Positions 11,810 to 25,735 of a stretch of DNA of 64,000 bases are shown here, in pieces; positions within the stretch are counted from its first letter, which is position 1; each line of letters starts with the position of its first letter. The notes beneath the pieces are model-generated. The model did no database searches. It worked only from the letters and a program-made list of their open reading frames with translations, and was not told where the DNA came from. Where the stretch lies: positions 187,426,001 to 187,490,000 of the forward strand of contig NC_042997.1 in NCBI RefSeq assembly GCF_006345805.1, in the 5' to 3' direction. The position numbers and the translations under genes were made by a program. The stretch is from Octopus sinensis (lineage: Eukaryota).

Positions 11810-12175
11810 AAGTCAGTCTTTTATTACTCTGACTGTTTTGCCTGTGGGTATATAGGCAAGTTATCACTTTCTCACTATGTCTCTTTCTCTTGTGTGTGTG
11901 TGTGTGGACACATGTGTATATGTGTGTTTATATTTGTGCTTCTCCGAAAATCTCTCAACTATGGATGATACTGTTACTGTCATTTCCCTTATCAACAGGT
12001 TATCCGCTAGCTTTGTACCTTCAACGAAGTGTAGAATAAGATATCCCTTGCTTGAAAGACAGGATACAGTTAGTTAAAAGCAGGAAGGGTGTCCTGTTGT
12101 AAAACAATGTCTCAATAATATTTTCGTCTAACCCATACTAGTAGGGAAAATACACATCTAAATGAATGAATGAAT
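11810..12175 (+). mobile_element. SINE C (old)
   Basis: ccttgcttgaaagacagg..caggaagggtgtcc..tctaacccatactag..aaatgaatgaatgaat. Confidence 0.6.
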
Positions 12176-13446
12176 TATGCATCTACACACATTAAAAAGA
12201 GAAGAATTCTGGATATTTATTCTTGACTAATTACTCATGCACGTCATTCCTCTCCTTTTGTTTCTGTGACCATATATATTCCTTATGGAATCTGTTCTCT
12301 AAGACACAAAAGCTTTATTTTTATGGATCATTTTCTTCAGTTTTGTTTTGTGTGTTATTTTGATATAAATCATTTAAATTAAAATGTCAGAGCTATGTCT
12401 TTAGACCTGATATTTTTATTGGAAATCTTTAGAAATGGCTTCTCTCTAATCCTGTATGCTGTCCTGTCTATGTTGCCTTTTAAGAAGAATGCTTATATTC
12501 AATTTTTTTATTTTGTTTATGAATGAATGTAAAATAAATTGAGTACTAGGAGGATGTGGTAAGTGCTACAGATATAAACTTTTGATGAGTTATCTTGACA
12601 ACCAACTTCATTTCCTGATTAGAACCTGGTAATATTACCATCACTACTAATTATTGTTACGTTCTCAATTTTCCTCCTCTGTAAAATGTGGTCTTGTGTG
12701 TAAATTAGAAATCACTATTCTTGAAACTGGTTTAGATTATTCACATAATAGAGTTGCTGGTGTTTCATATTTCTGGAATTAATTTATGTGAAAGTGAAAT
12801 TTGTCATTTATATTCTAGGGATTTAGGTGGTCAATAAATTCAGCACAGGTGAGATTCTAGTATTGAGTTAATACAGATTAAATGCCAATATAGCAGAATT
12901 TCCATTATGGCAAAATTTGTTTTAATCTCTGGCTGTGTAACCCTGTTGAAACAATGCTAAAAAGTCTTACTGTAATGAATAGATATTTCACTACAACAAA
13001 ACAAACTTGAATCTCCCACAGGCCTAAATTTCTTGCTGCTATTGAAATGAAAAGCAGAAAGCTAAAAATCGTTTTTGTCAAGTCCTGTTATGTTGGTCAT
13101 ATATATATGATAGAGAGAATATCAAGAATATCAATTGGCAAAGACAATATGACAGAAGTCTGATTCTTTTAATAGTGAGTAAAAACACTGTATTAACAGA
13201 AGTTGTGCCTGTCAAGTGCACTAAATACAAAGTAGTCCCATATTTTGTTTATGCATATACTGAATCAATTCAGTAAACTGTACCCATTCCTTTACCATTT
13301 TGCAGTTTTGTATTGATGTGAAAAATCATTTTCAGAGTACCAATTTAGTTTATTGTAACCCTTCTTAAGAAAGGTTTGACCTTGGCCTTGTATCTTTAGT
13401 GAAAAGTAATCATTCCTGTTATTATTATTATCATTATTATTATTAA

Positions 13447-13859
13447 GGCAGTGAGCAGGCTGAATCCTTACCACTCAAGGCAAAATGCTTTGTGGCATTC
13501 GTCCGTCTTTACATTCTGAACTCGGATATAGCCAAGGTTGACTTTGCCTTTCATCCTTTCTGTGTTGATAAAATTAGTACCAGTTGTGTTCTGGGGTTGA
13601 TGTAATCGATTTACCCCCTCCCCTGAGATAACTGGCCTTGCACCAAAATTTGAACTCGTTATTATTAAGGCGACAACCTGGTAGAATCATTAGCATGCCA
13701 GGCAAAATGCTCAATGGCATTTCACCCGTCTTTACATTCTGAATTAAAATTCCACCAAGGTCAACTTTGCCTTTCATCCTTTTAAGGTTGATAAAATAAG
13801 TACCAGTTGATCACTGGGATTGATGTAATCAACTTGTGCCAAAATTTGAAACCATTATA

Positions 13860-13897
<38 letters not shown>

Positions 13898-14298
13898 CAT
13901 CATTATAGCATCAAGCTGGCAGAATCGTTAGCACACTGGACAAAATGCTTGAGTTCAAATTCTGCCAAGATCAACTTTGCCTTTCATCTTTTAGGGGGTC
14001 AATGAAATAAGTACCAGTTATGCACTGGGGTTCATGTAATTGACTAACCCCCTTTCCCAAAATTTCAGGCCTTGTGCCTATAGTAGAAAGGATTATTATT
14101 ATTAGGATGGTGAGCTAGTAGAACCATTAGCATGCTGGACAAAATGCCACTGTCCTTTTTTATGTTGTGTTCAAATTCCTCCAAATTTGCCTTTAATCCT
14201 TCAAGGTCAATAAGTTGAATACTGGGGTCAGTGTAATTGACTTACCTCTCCCTTGAGCTTGCTGGCCTTGTGCCAAAATTTGAAACCATTATTATTAT
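13447..14298 (+). mobile_element. Four head-to-tail SINE A copies joined by (ATT)n tails
   Basis: Heads at about 13447, 13669, 13909 and 14105. Each contains the ctttgcctttcatcc..aagtaccag core and ends in att repeats. Confidence 0.88.
13856..13905. repeat. (ATT)n microsatellite (SINE A tail)
   Basis: Direct inspection. Confidence 0.9.
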
Positions 14299-17200
14299 CA
14301 AAATAGGATTTAATCCCAAAAAATGTAAGATATATATGAGAACAAGTGAATTGGCTACAACAAATCATTTTAAAAAGAATATCTAAATAAGAGATGTAGA
14401 TAGATGGTTTGTGTTATAATGATGAATTCTTTGTGAATGAAGTTTAAGACTATCAAACCCAAAGTCCCTTCCATTAATACAAAACTTTGTGCTTAATTGA
14501 GAAATTATCTTTGAAAGCTTACTTAAGTAAATTTCATCTTTTACTCTTCCTTCACCTTTAAAATGTGTTGCAGGTATAAAAATTAGATCAATTCAGTGAA
14601 GAACACCTTCTCCGCTTTAAAACAAACCTTGTACATTATCAAAAGAAATTGTTAATCATAAAGGCAATAGTCAGATAGATAGATAGAATACTGGATCCCT
14701 ACTTCTTTAGCTGAGTTCAAAAATCTACTGTAGATATTAGTTGACAGGAATAACATTGACTTCTACTTCTGTAATAAATTATTATTACTATTACTGTAGC
14801 AATAACAAATTGGTTTTTAATATATGGAAGCTGCAATCAATTTTTGTTTTCATTTGGAGTTGTTTCTTTAATTCTATTATTAATGATACTGCTAGGAAAG
14901 ACGTGAATAGTGTAAACTTCCATTTTCCCCATTAATATTAACTAAGTCTCAAGAAAGAAATCATAGTCATCATCTTGTTCATTACTATTATTATCAATAA
15001 TTTTAATTCTAACTCATGATTCACAACATACATATGAAGTATACAACATATTGCCTTTGGAAGAAGGCCATTCAAAATTATAATTAATTATTTCCAGTAC
15101 AGGAAATGGTTTGCTTTTGAGTTACGAAGACTTAATTATTTCACATTACATATATTTATACTAAATAAATAGAACTTATTTTTCTTTTTAAATTTGCTTC
15201 TCGTTTTAGAAATGTGTTTGCTTTTAAAATAATTCCCATTTTTATTTAACAAATAAATAATGGAAAATATTTTAATTGCTAAAAGTTATACATTTTGCTG
15301 AGATTAAACTTTAAAAATATTTTGCAGTAGCATTCACTTTATTTTCTTTCTAGTTTTCTTTTTTCTCCAGTTGTTCTTGTGTGATGAAGACTAGTCTTTA
15401 GAGTTGTATGATGAAGACTGTTGTGCAATTTATTATAGAGGAGCTTCAATTTAGCTAAAAGTGGTGGAATTGATATAATATAAAACCTATAGTCTCAAGA
15501 AGTTTTCTAGTAGCAATCTCAGTTGCAAATTACCGATAGTTAATTGTGATGTATTTATATAGTGTTACATTATTTTCTTGAAAGCTTGACTGATTAACCT
15601 AGCAGATAAAAATAATTTCCTCTTTTCGATTGTTTATGAGTAATAAATATTAGGATTAATGTAATGTATTTTCATGTGAGTTTTATTTTAAAGTACAAAC
15701 TTTTAAAATTATCTTTAAAATGCATTTAAGAATGAAATTTGTGTGTAATATTTATCACTCACCAGGATAAAATTTGTATAAGTAAAAATACATAGAGAAT
15801 GGTCATTATTGATTTGTTGCTATTCTTGGAGTAAATAATTTTAATTAGCTCTTACAGCAGAGGAGAAAAAATTTTTTTTACGAAATACTGAAAGCATTAA
15901 AACCATATTTTTTACATATAAATTTAAAGAGGAAAATCTCTTTTGTTAGCATTTCACTTTTTCTTACCATATTAATAACTGTTTTTTTTTTTTTCAAATA
16001 TAGGTGCTAATAAATTAGGGGAACTATTTTTTTTATTTTACATTAATTTGTTGTTGCTATATAAGTACCTATATGTAAATCACATAGCAAACTGGGAGAT
16101 TGAACTTCACTGCATGAACTTAAACATTATCAGGTTTGACATTGGAACTCTTTGCGTTCTGCTCGAGTTAGACTTAATTAAAAGCAACACATTATAGTAT
16201 TTCATTTCAATTAAATCACTTCATTTTTTCTCTTTTTTTTTCTTTCATAAAAAAAACTATAGTTGAATGGGAAGATGTGGGTGGGATGCAAACATAAATC
16301 ATTTTAGTTGAGAAAATAACTTCAAACAGTACTTTCATTAGCACTAACATTTTCAGATTTGTTTTCATCATCCTAGTCTCTTTCACTATGAAATTAAACA
16401 CAATAATTATATTTTGAAATGTTACTTCCATACTTTTACTATAATTTCTCTTTTTTATTTACCCTCCCTCTCTCTCTTTCTCCAGCCATTTATATCCTTC
16501 CTAGATGTCAGTAATAACACAATATAGCACACAAGTCTAATATACATTCTGACATTATAAATGAGAGAAAATTCCCTGAACATTTAATGTGTCTATAAAG
16601 TGGAAACTTATCAATTAGGAATTCTATCAATTTTTTTTTTTAAGCTCACCATTGCCAATAATAAGCATCTGCGAGATATAGTTCAAAAAAGGCTTTCTTA
16701 TTGCCAGTTGCAAATTGCTTTCATACACATTTTGAAGACATCAGCTTATTTTTCTGATAGAAAATGGGGAAGGGGAGAAATTCTCTAAATAGCTGATTAA
16801 TTTTAGATGATGTTTTTTAAAAAGAAAAAAAAATACAGCAAATATATATCAAGAAAAAATAGTTTAGATTATGTTAGCTTAAGTTTGGAGAAAATTTAGC
16901 ATTAAGTACAATTCTGTCTTTTTAATGTCATCTACTAAAAATGAACTCTTGACATCGATTTTTTTTTTATATATATTTACTTTATATCAACTAGATTTTT
17001 TTCCTGAAGGATTTTGGAAGACTCATTTTATCACACTGTGTTTATTTAACATAACATTTGACATAAATTGTGCAAAGTAAAGAGACCACTATATGATCAC
17101 TTGATCTGCTAGGAATAGCTACAAAACCTCCCTATCTTATTAAAAGGTTAATTTGATAATGTAATAAGACAGGAGGTCAGGGTTGGAAAAACCTTTGGTT

Positions 17201-20200
17201 ATGGATCTACTTGATCAAAGCTGGTCTGTTATCAAACATCTGATGTAAATGAACTGCATTTTTAAAAATGGTTTTAAAGAAATATTCATTTCTTCTATAT
17301 TGTGGATTCTTGTACGAAATTCAATAAACCTCTTTGGAGTAAAAGAAAAGGCACATACTAAAAGTGCTTTCATTAATGAATTTATGCATGTGCGCAATAT
17401 TCATTAGGGCCTCAATTAAATATTTAAGTCTTTTTTGTCAGTACTATTTATTAGACAGCAATTTGATGCTTTCTGTATCATTTATTATTTGTTAATCAAT
17501 GTTGTAGCTTTACTCTTTGTCACTCAGCAATCAACAACTCTGCTCTATCTACGGTCTGTTAAATAGATACACTACAGATTTATGCCAGGCACTCGGTGCT
17601 ATGTAATTTACTGAAAAACTCAACAATGCTGTTAACAGGAAAATATTGAGAAATTGCTATGGCTAAATGTATGTGAAGCTGATCTTAAGTGTTATGTGCG
17701 TACAACCCATTACAAACCTTGAGATATCACTATTCTTACTTTCTGTTCCACTTAATTCGGCACCAGAAAAGAAAGAACAAGTTAGTAGTGGAGTAGTGAA
17801 GCAAACAGAAAACTTGTACATATTATATGATTTACCATGTTTTGATTATATTGATCTAGCTCTCATATAACAGAAATTTGTGGTCAAGCACACAGTGACA
17901 CACTAGTTTTAATCCTGTGAACTATTGCTTATAAATCTGCTATGGTCATTTGTGGAAGCATGTACTCTATCATAGTAATTTCCTTTGTCTATTGTACTGA
18001 TTTATATACATCTTCAATAACCTACTATACCATCTATCTAACTACAAACACAAGAGTTATGTATGTTACTTTTTGGAGTTTGTTAGCTATATTTGCCAGG
18101 TACCATGTAAGTACTGAATTTGGTGAGATCGTTATAACCAAAATAGAGATTCCACTATATTACTTTCTATCTCATTAAGCATCTACAGAAATAGATAAGA
18201 AAAACTTGTTTGCAAGTAACAAAATAGATAGATTTAACTTGAAACAATTGAATTCATCAACAATTAGTCACCATTGTTTTCTACAACACCTCTTCCATGA
18301 CCACCACTGTTACCACTCCAGCAAATAGCTCTTACTCTTTCCTACAACTACTATTACAAACAGTATTAGTAAAAAGCACCACAGTTGCAATCATTTCTCA
18401 CTGCTAACATCACTATCGCACCTAACAATAATACTGTCTAATAATACTATTTCTATTGTTGAATCACTTCTATACTATAGTTTTTTCCACTGCTTTTCTT
18501 GACATTTTATATTCCTTTTAGCAATTAATATTGTTACACTTGTCTTTTAACATCTTAGTTCTCTGTGATATGAATTCACTGAGTAGTTTGTATTTCTTAG
18601 TTTGAATGATTTTTCTTTACAACTTTATATAGTGAAACTCTCAAACCTTCTTCTCCTAAAAAAAAAATTTTTTTTTAAAGTTGGGGGTGGAGGATTAATA
18701 TGCTATTTTTATATTCTTTGCCTTATTCCATTTCTTCATTTAGTTTTAGTACTTTGAGGTTTACTTCAGGCTTTCCTGTTACTTTCAACTTCATGCATTA
18801 TCTTTTGTGATATTTGTAAAATTTCCTCTGATTTACTGCCTCTAAAGAGAACCTAGACTGTAGAACATCAACATAAATGCATCACAGTTTAAGCCTCTGA
18901 GATCTATGTTCAAATTCTACCAGATTAAGGCTATGTTATATTTCTCTCTAAAATGAATATTTAAAAAATAAGTACCAGAGATATATTAGGATGGTTCAAA
19001 TAAAATAACTTCATTCTAGCCACTTCCTCCCGAATTATATTTTACCTAATAAAAAGAACTTCTAATTTTTTTTCCTATTTAGAAAAATGGTTGTGTATGT
19101 ATTTCCTCCACTTTCAGAAATTAAAATAAGTAAATAAATAAATTGCCAAAGCAATTATCTGTATAAAAAGGAAAATGATAGATTTTCTTAATTGAATAGT
19201 CACTTTGTTAAATGTTAATGTATCTCTAAAACATACAAAAGTTACACTCCCTTTTTGATTAGGAATGCTGTTAATTTATAAAATATATACTGAAGAGTAT
19301 AGTGAAGAGTTTTCTCTGTGGAAAACACCTGGTTCTTGAGGTGTTGTGTGCAATAAGAAACAAAAAACACCTAGGAAATAATACTGAATCTTATTTCTGT
19401 GATTGTTTTTTTTTGTATAATATAGTTTATCTTTGACATTCCAAGACTTTTTCATATCTGATATTCTTATCATGAAGCTGCAATTTATTTTTCCTGTCTT
19501 TCTTTTCATTATAGTGAAATGTTAGGTTTTTTTTTTTTACATTGATAACACATTTGTTATATATAATATTAAAATATTCTGCATAATTCCATAATTTTCA
19601 GTAAACAAAGCTTAATTTATTTGACAAAATTGAAGTGTTATTAATTAGAATTAAACAGAATAAATTGGAAAGTTTGTAGACAGGTGACATTTAAAAAAGT
19701 TTTGTCTTCTAATTGAGTGCAGTATGAATTTTAAAATCTTATACCAACAAGTTAAATTCAGTCTATAAAAGATGGACATTTATGAATTTCAGTCAGGTTC
19801 TATCCTTTTGTTAAGTGTCCTACCTGTTAGAAGCTTCAAAATATATATTCAAAGAAAAAAAAAATTCTTTTACCGTCTTAGTGCTATGTTATTTCACATT
19901 GTGCTTTTTATTTCAACCTATCCCAATCTTTAGTGAACATCTTGGATTTCATGTCCTTTGTCCAGGTATTTGTTTCTAATCTAAAGAAAGAGCTACTTTC
20001 ATGTACAGGTTGTTTTAGTTGTCAGCAAAACAGAAGGAATATAAAGTACTTCACTCTGATATTTCGTGTATTTAGATCAAATACAAACTCCTTTTCTGTT
20101 TCACTGACTTTTTACTGTCAGCTTTGCAGTACTAGAAAAGCTACTAGTCTCTGTTGGGTATTTGATAAGAAAAGTTAGTTCTCCATTTTCAACTACCAAA

Positions 20201-21490
20201 CAGAATACATATGTTGTAGTATGTTGCATCTGGTCAGGAAATTAAGATCTATTGTTTTTTCCTTGTACAAAATTGGAATGTATATGATTGTTTCCTGTGG
20301 CAGAATTAGTAGAGTAGCTTTAAGTAGAGATGATGTAGAGCAAAAGAAATTTTTCAGCTTCATTTGGTCTATAAAAATGAGGTAGACAATAACTTGATTT
20401 GGGTTTTTTTCTCTTTTCTTTTCTTTCTTTTTTTTTTTCCTTTTTCTTTTTGCATTGTATCGATACAGCAAGTTGTAAAAGAACTATCCTAAATTAATAG
20501 GTTCCAGTAAGTGAGAGAGATTGTATGTTCTGAACATTTGAGCTGATTGATCATTTTCACATTGATATTAGTTTCGTGGTGGGCAAAGCTATACCATACC
20601 AAGAGACATGCCTCTTTTTTAAGGAAATAAAAGCAAAATTAGAAACTGAGTCCATTGTAGATGTAATACAGTTTTACATGTCCTTTTAATGTAGACTGTA
20701 TGGTGTAAGAATAAATACAGAGTAAATGTGACTGATGTAATTTGCTCATAAAATAGGGAATACATCAAGAGATATACAAACTATTAGCATCAAAAACCTA
20801 TACATGAACTGTAGGTAGACACTGAAATAAAAAGGTGAACAAGAAAACTGAAAGCTGGAAATAATTTTTCAAAAGGACAAAAGTACTATATTTCCCCAGT
20901 ATTAACAAAAAATAAATTTTTAAAAAATACTACAAAATATGAGTGGTTTTTAATGTTATAAAGTAATCAATTGTTGATCGGTTTGAAGCTAGTTTTATCT
21001 AAGATCTAACAGAGATTTTCTATTATATCTATCATAACCTTGAAAAGACTGAAGTTTACAAATGGATTGTTAGTATGTCAAATCAGGTTTTTCTTTACCT
21101 TTACAGGTTTCTTTTGTGCTTTCTGTATGATATTGCTAAGTGGTTGGAAGGCTGGATAACACTAACTCATGTTGAATGTGTTTGAAGTCTCTTAAGCCTA
21201 TAGTTTTTTTTTACTGCACTTCATTTTTGCAATGGAAGTGTCCAGTGAAGTGTTATTGAGTGCAGAGATGACTCTGACAAAATAGAGTAAATATTAGGTC
21301 TTTACAACTGTTGCACCAGGAAACAAGGGGTACAAATATTGACAATATGTGCAATGGAAGGCTTAAAAGGTATGATAACTGCAGCCTGAAAGAATAGATT
21401 TGTAAAGTGAAACAGTGTGAATTAAAATTTTTAAAAACTAATTTTAATCCAGCAGTTTTTAAGATTTCTTAATAATAATGGAAGTATAAA

Positions 21491-21706
21491 GGTGGTGAGT
21501 ACATCACCTTTAGTACACCAGGCAAAATGCTTAACAATATTTTGTCTGTCTTTACATTCTGAGTTCGAATGCTGCTTGTGTTGACTTCGCTTGTCATCCT
21601 TTTGAGGTCAGTAGATTAAGTACCAGTTGGACACTGGGGTTGATCTGATCGATTTACCCATCCCCCGAAAATGCTGGCCTTGTGCTAAAATTTGAAACCA
21701 ATATTA
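21491..21706 (+). mobile_element. SINE A
   Basis: ggtggtgagt..ctgagttcgaat..gattaagtaccagttg..ggccttgtgctaaaatttgaaacc; CpG decayed. Confidence 0.85.
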
Positions 21707-22807
21707 ATGGAAGGATAATTTTCAAAAAACACAGTAAAACAAGATTGTTGACAAATTGAAAAAATACTGTCTGTTTGAAAACAATACTGTCTAGCTTTTC
21801 ATTCATGATCTAGACATATGCACATTTTTGTCTGACAAACTGTAATGCTGTTCTTATGTGGACATATACCAAAATTTTATTGCGGTTAGAATTAGATTTT
21901 GTGATATTTACACCTTTCCCAAGGACATTACAATAGCACTGAAGTAAATTATCTTCAACCATAGATGAGACTAGATCACTCAGCTTATTGAGATCTCCTT
22001 CTTACATATTTTAGTGCATATTAATAATTTAGATAGTTTTACTTTAATAAGGACAGCTAATTCTTCACACTTATTAAATTTAACAGACACTTATTTATTC
22101 CTAGGATTTGGTAGCAGAAGTTGAAATTCTTCTCTTCTGACTTAAGTTGAGGCTCCTTACTCAATACATTGATGGATGATACCATATAAAATTCCTCTTC
22201 TATCTGTTTGCTTTTGTTTTCTTCCTTTTGTTTTTATAACATTGTTTTGTTGAATGATATTGAGTTTTTTTTATTGTTTTCACATGAAACATTGACTATA
22301 TACTTCTTAGGTCTAGAGTTAAAATCTATTCTAATTACCATCCTTTATAATCAATTTCCTTTAGTTATGCATATAAGAACATTTTTTTGTAAAGGAGGGG
22401 GAATATAACAAGTTCAGTCAAATTCCAGTGGCTTACTGGAACTAGTCTGGGTCTTTGTTATTTACATTATTTTCCACAGCCCTTTTGTATTTTCATTTAC
22501 TGTTTTACATTTATTTTTTTGTTATGCTTGTATGGTGCAATTATTTTTACAGTTAGATGCCATTCTTCCTGGTAACCATTCAACTGTGAAGTAGGAATGA
22601 GCTTGTTTGTATTCAGTGAGTAACACTAGAGCAAGTTAAGTTTGATACTTTGCTCATGAGTGCAATACCGTGGCAGTGGAAAGATCTAAGCATATTACCA
22701 TGTGGCTAATTGTCCAACACCTTAACAGCATAGCTATTGTTCATCTGAAAATCCCAGTTCCCCTGCTGAGAATGAAACATGAGCTAATAATAATAATAAT
22801 AATAATA

Positions 22808-23165
22808 ATCCCAATCCCTTCTGCTATAGACACAAGGCCTGAAACTTTGCGTGGGAAGGAGCTAGTCAATTACATCAACCGTAGTGTTCAACGGGTACTT
22901 ATTTTATCCACCCTGAGAGGATGAACGAAAAAGTCAACCATGAACTCAGAATATAAAAACAAATAACAATTCTGCCAGCTCACTGCTTTCAATAATAATA
23001 CTAATCCTTTCTACTAAAGGCATAAAGCCTGAAATTTGGTAGGAGGGGACTAATTACATCAACCCCAGTGTTTCACTGGTACTTAGTTTTATCAACGCTG
23101 AAAGGATGAAAGGCAAAGTCAGCCTCAGTAGAATTTGAACTCAGAATGTAAAGACAGGCAAATAA
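22808..23165 (-). mobile_element. Two tandem SINE A copies (partial)
   Basis: Reverse complement of the A core twice (cacaaggcctgaaa..ggtactt..ggatgaa..gaactcagaat), separated and flanked by (AAT)n. Confidence 0.8.
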
Positions 23166-24420
23166 TAATAATTATCTTACTCTGTTGAAATGAACTGTGG
23201 CTAATAAAGAAACATATCTGTAACCATGATGAATTATTCAGAGATTATAAAACATATCTAAAATAAGTTATCTTGTAAGTAACATATCCACAATTCAAAT
23301 CCTTTAGTGAAATAAAAACTATGTACTCCAACATTTTTACTTTCAGTAAATAACTTCAGTAAACCAAATCTCATAAAGTGAAAATTCAGAGCCAAAAAAA
23401 AAAAAAGTCTTGGATAAATAAACTACTATCATATACAATGTTCTTGTTGCCTTCTGTGTAAGGTTGGGTTGATCTGTAGAATTGCTTTTTCCTAACCATC
23501 CCTATTTTTGGTTTTTCCCTATATACATTCCAATATTGACCAATGTAATATGCATTCCTCTCCCTCATTTTAGGAAAGCCTAATACTATCAGATTTTCCC
23601 AAAGCTGCTTCTTGAAATGATTAATCACTTTTTCTGATGTTATCAAGAAGTTTGCTATTCTATCTCTTCTTGCTAATCTCCATTTCTATTTGAAAACTCC
23701 CATTAAATTTTACATCTGTTTCATTTCTAATCAATTCTTTCTCTCGCTCTTTCTCTCTCTTTCCTTTTTTTTTTTTTTTCTTATCCATATGTGTAGTATA
23801 TAAAACCAGTGCTTGGATGTGCACAAACAGTTGTGTGTGTGTGTGTGTATGTGATAGAAAAATGTGGTAAATACTGCTACTATAAAATCTAAGACACTCT
23901 GTCTGAAGTATGATTTATTCCCTGACTTGTTCTATGTCTAGTGATAATGTGCTGCTAAAATATGATAAAAATAATATCGATTCAAATCTTCATCACCTGA
24001 TGCCACATCAACACTGTCTTGCAATCACTTTGAAAATCATTCCAGACAAGATAACATCATCCAGACTTATTAATTTTGTTTTTGGATATTTCTTTTTTAA
24101 TACTTCTGGACATCTTTGTAGTCAGTATTATAGAATTTCTTCTACATCAGCATTACTGTTGTGAAAATATTATATGCATATATCTTTAGAGACATTGTCA
24201 AAATCTTATTACAAATTATGTTATGAACTGATTGGACAAATACAGAGCAGGTGTAAATGAATAAAAACTCTGAATATTCGGTAATCTTCAGTAACGGCTG
24301 CTAAAATTCCTAAAGCATAATCTGAAAAATATCTCCTTTTTTTCAGTTCTATTCGATATCTGCTAGCAAAGTTTCTACTATAACTGGTTAACAGCCAGCT
24401 TGGCTAACTAGTAGCGCAAC

Positions 24421-24612
24421 TGTTGTTCATTAGCTCCGGGTCAGCTCTGATTAAACAATCCCTTGATAAAAGAAATTGCAATCGTGATCATTCAAAGATA
24501 TACTTTGTCGGAAAAAATAAAATACAAAAAAAAAAAAAAAACAATCAAGAAAATTAGATTGTCATGGCTGCAGTATCTTTTATCAAAAGGTTGATCTGGA
24601 GCTAAACAACAA
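24421..24612. repeat. Palindromic (foldback/MITE-like) element
   Basis: The left arm tgttgtt..tagctccgggtca..cttgataaaagaaattgcaatcgtga (24421-24487) is the imperfect reverse complement of tcatggctgcagtatcttttatcaaaaggttgatctggagctaaacaacaa (24562-24612). The spacer is A-rich. Confidence 0.65.
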
Positions 24613-24844
24613 TAATAATTATAACTCTTATTAACTAGACCCCAGCAATCCTGTCAGTTTGGTTGTTAGTTGGTCAAGTTAATTGCCATACAGTTACTAT
24701 CAAACTTGCTAACAAGCAATAAAAATGCCTGAGTGATTAATTTCTGTATTTGCAGGTAATAGTTTCTCTACCTGAATAAAAAAGAAAAATGAATCACAAA
24801 GTACTGTTATAGATACAATTCATTCAAATTTACATCTGTTTTTT

Positions 24845-25320
24845 CCATGTAAGCATGGGTTAGATGCATCCATGCATTACAGCTGAGTGCCCTTCCTGTC
24901 ATCAACCTTTATCTGTTATTCTACCAATCTTTGAAAGCACTGAACCACCAAGACATTTGTTCACAAAATGCCAACAAATAGAATGCATTTTCAGAAAAGA
25001 ACAATATATACAATCATATACATGCACATATACAAACATACATGTGTGTTTGTTTATGCATTTATTTGTATATGTATACATGTATATACTATGTCTGTGT
25101 ATGTATGCATATATTTATATATGTGTGTGTGTGTACTTATATATACAAACACACTTACACATACACATGATACTCATGCAATTTCTATCAACGAAATCAC
25201 TCACACGGCATAAACTGACCTGCAGCTATAGTAGAAATCACTTACCCAAAGTATTGCACAATAGGACTGGACACAAAGCGATATGGTTGCAAAACAAACT
25301 TCTTGACCATACGCCTAAAA
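24845..25320 (-). mobile_element. SINE C (old)
   Basis: Tail ccatgtaagcatgggttag..gcccttcctgtc and head cacttacccaaag..cttcttgaccatacgcc, with internal microsatellite. Confidence 0.7.
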
Positions 25321-25599
25321 AATACTGACCATATCACAAAATATTTATTTTCGTTTTAATTCCATCATTTGTTACTCTAATCTTGCGAATCCTATAATTG
25401 GTTACTAATTGACTAAAAAATCAAAAAAAAAAATCAAAGGAATCACATAGTTACATATACTTAGATTTATTTTTACTTAGTTTAAGAAAACTTCTGAAAC
25501 CTATCTAAATGCTGTCAAATTTTCTCTTCAAGTGGACAACATGATTATATTTGTACCTACACATACATTTCTGTATAATTTTAGAATGTTCTCTTGCTG

Positions 25600-25735
25600 A
25601 AGTCAGCTTTGTCTTTCATCTATCCAGTGTCAGTAGACTATAGTGCTTATCAAGGACTGAAATAGATCTTATACGGACTAACCCCTCTCAAAATTACTGA
25701 CCATGTACTTAAATTAGAAAGAATTATTGATCCTA
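25600..25735 (+). mobile_element. SINE A fragment (old)
   Basis: gtcagctttgtctttcatc followed by a degenerate tail ending gaattatt. Confidence 0.5.

Noticed and set aside
13447-14298. Regular repeat-spacer look resembling a CRISPR array
   Set aside because: Eukaryotic DNA; the units are diverged SINE copies with (ATT)n tails, not identical short repeats with unique spacers.
18059-18112. Hydrophobic ORF end MYVTFWSLLAIFARYH with strong donor CAT|gtaagt as the DDR signal exon
   Set aside because: The donor is phase 0 (the alternative is phase 2), incompatible with the phase-1 acceptor at 57971 unless another exon intervenes.
24630-24730. Possible second Helitron 3' end (aactag...)
   Set aside because: There is no convincing hairpin or matching 5' TC end.
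24864-25328. 154-aa ORF
   Set aside because: It lies within an antisense SINE C with an internal microsatellite.
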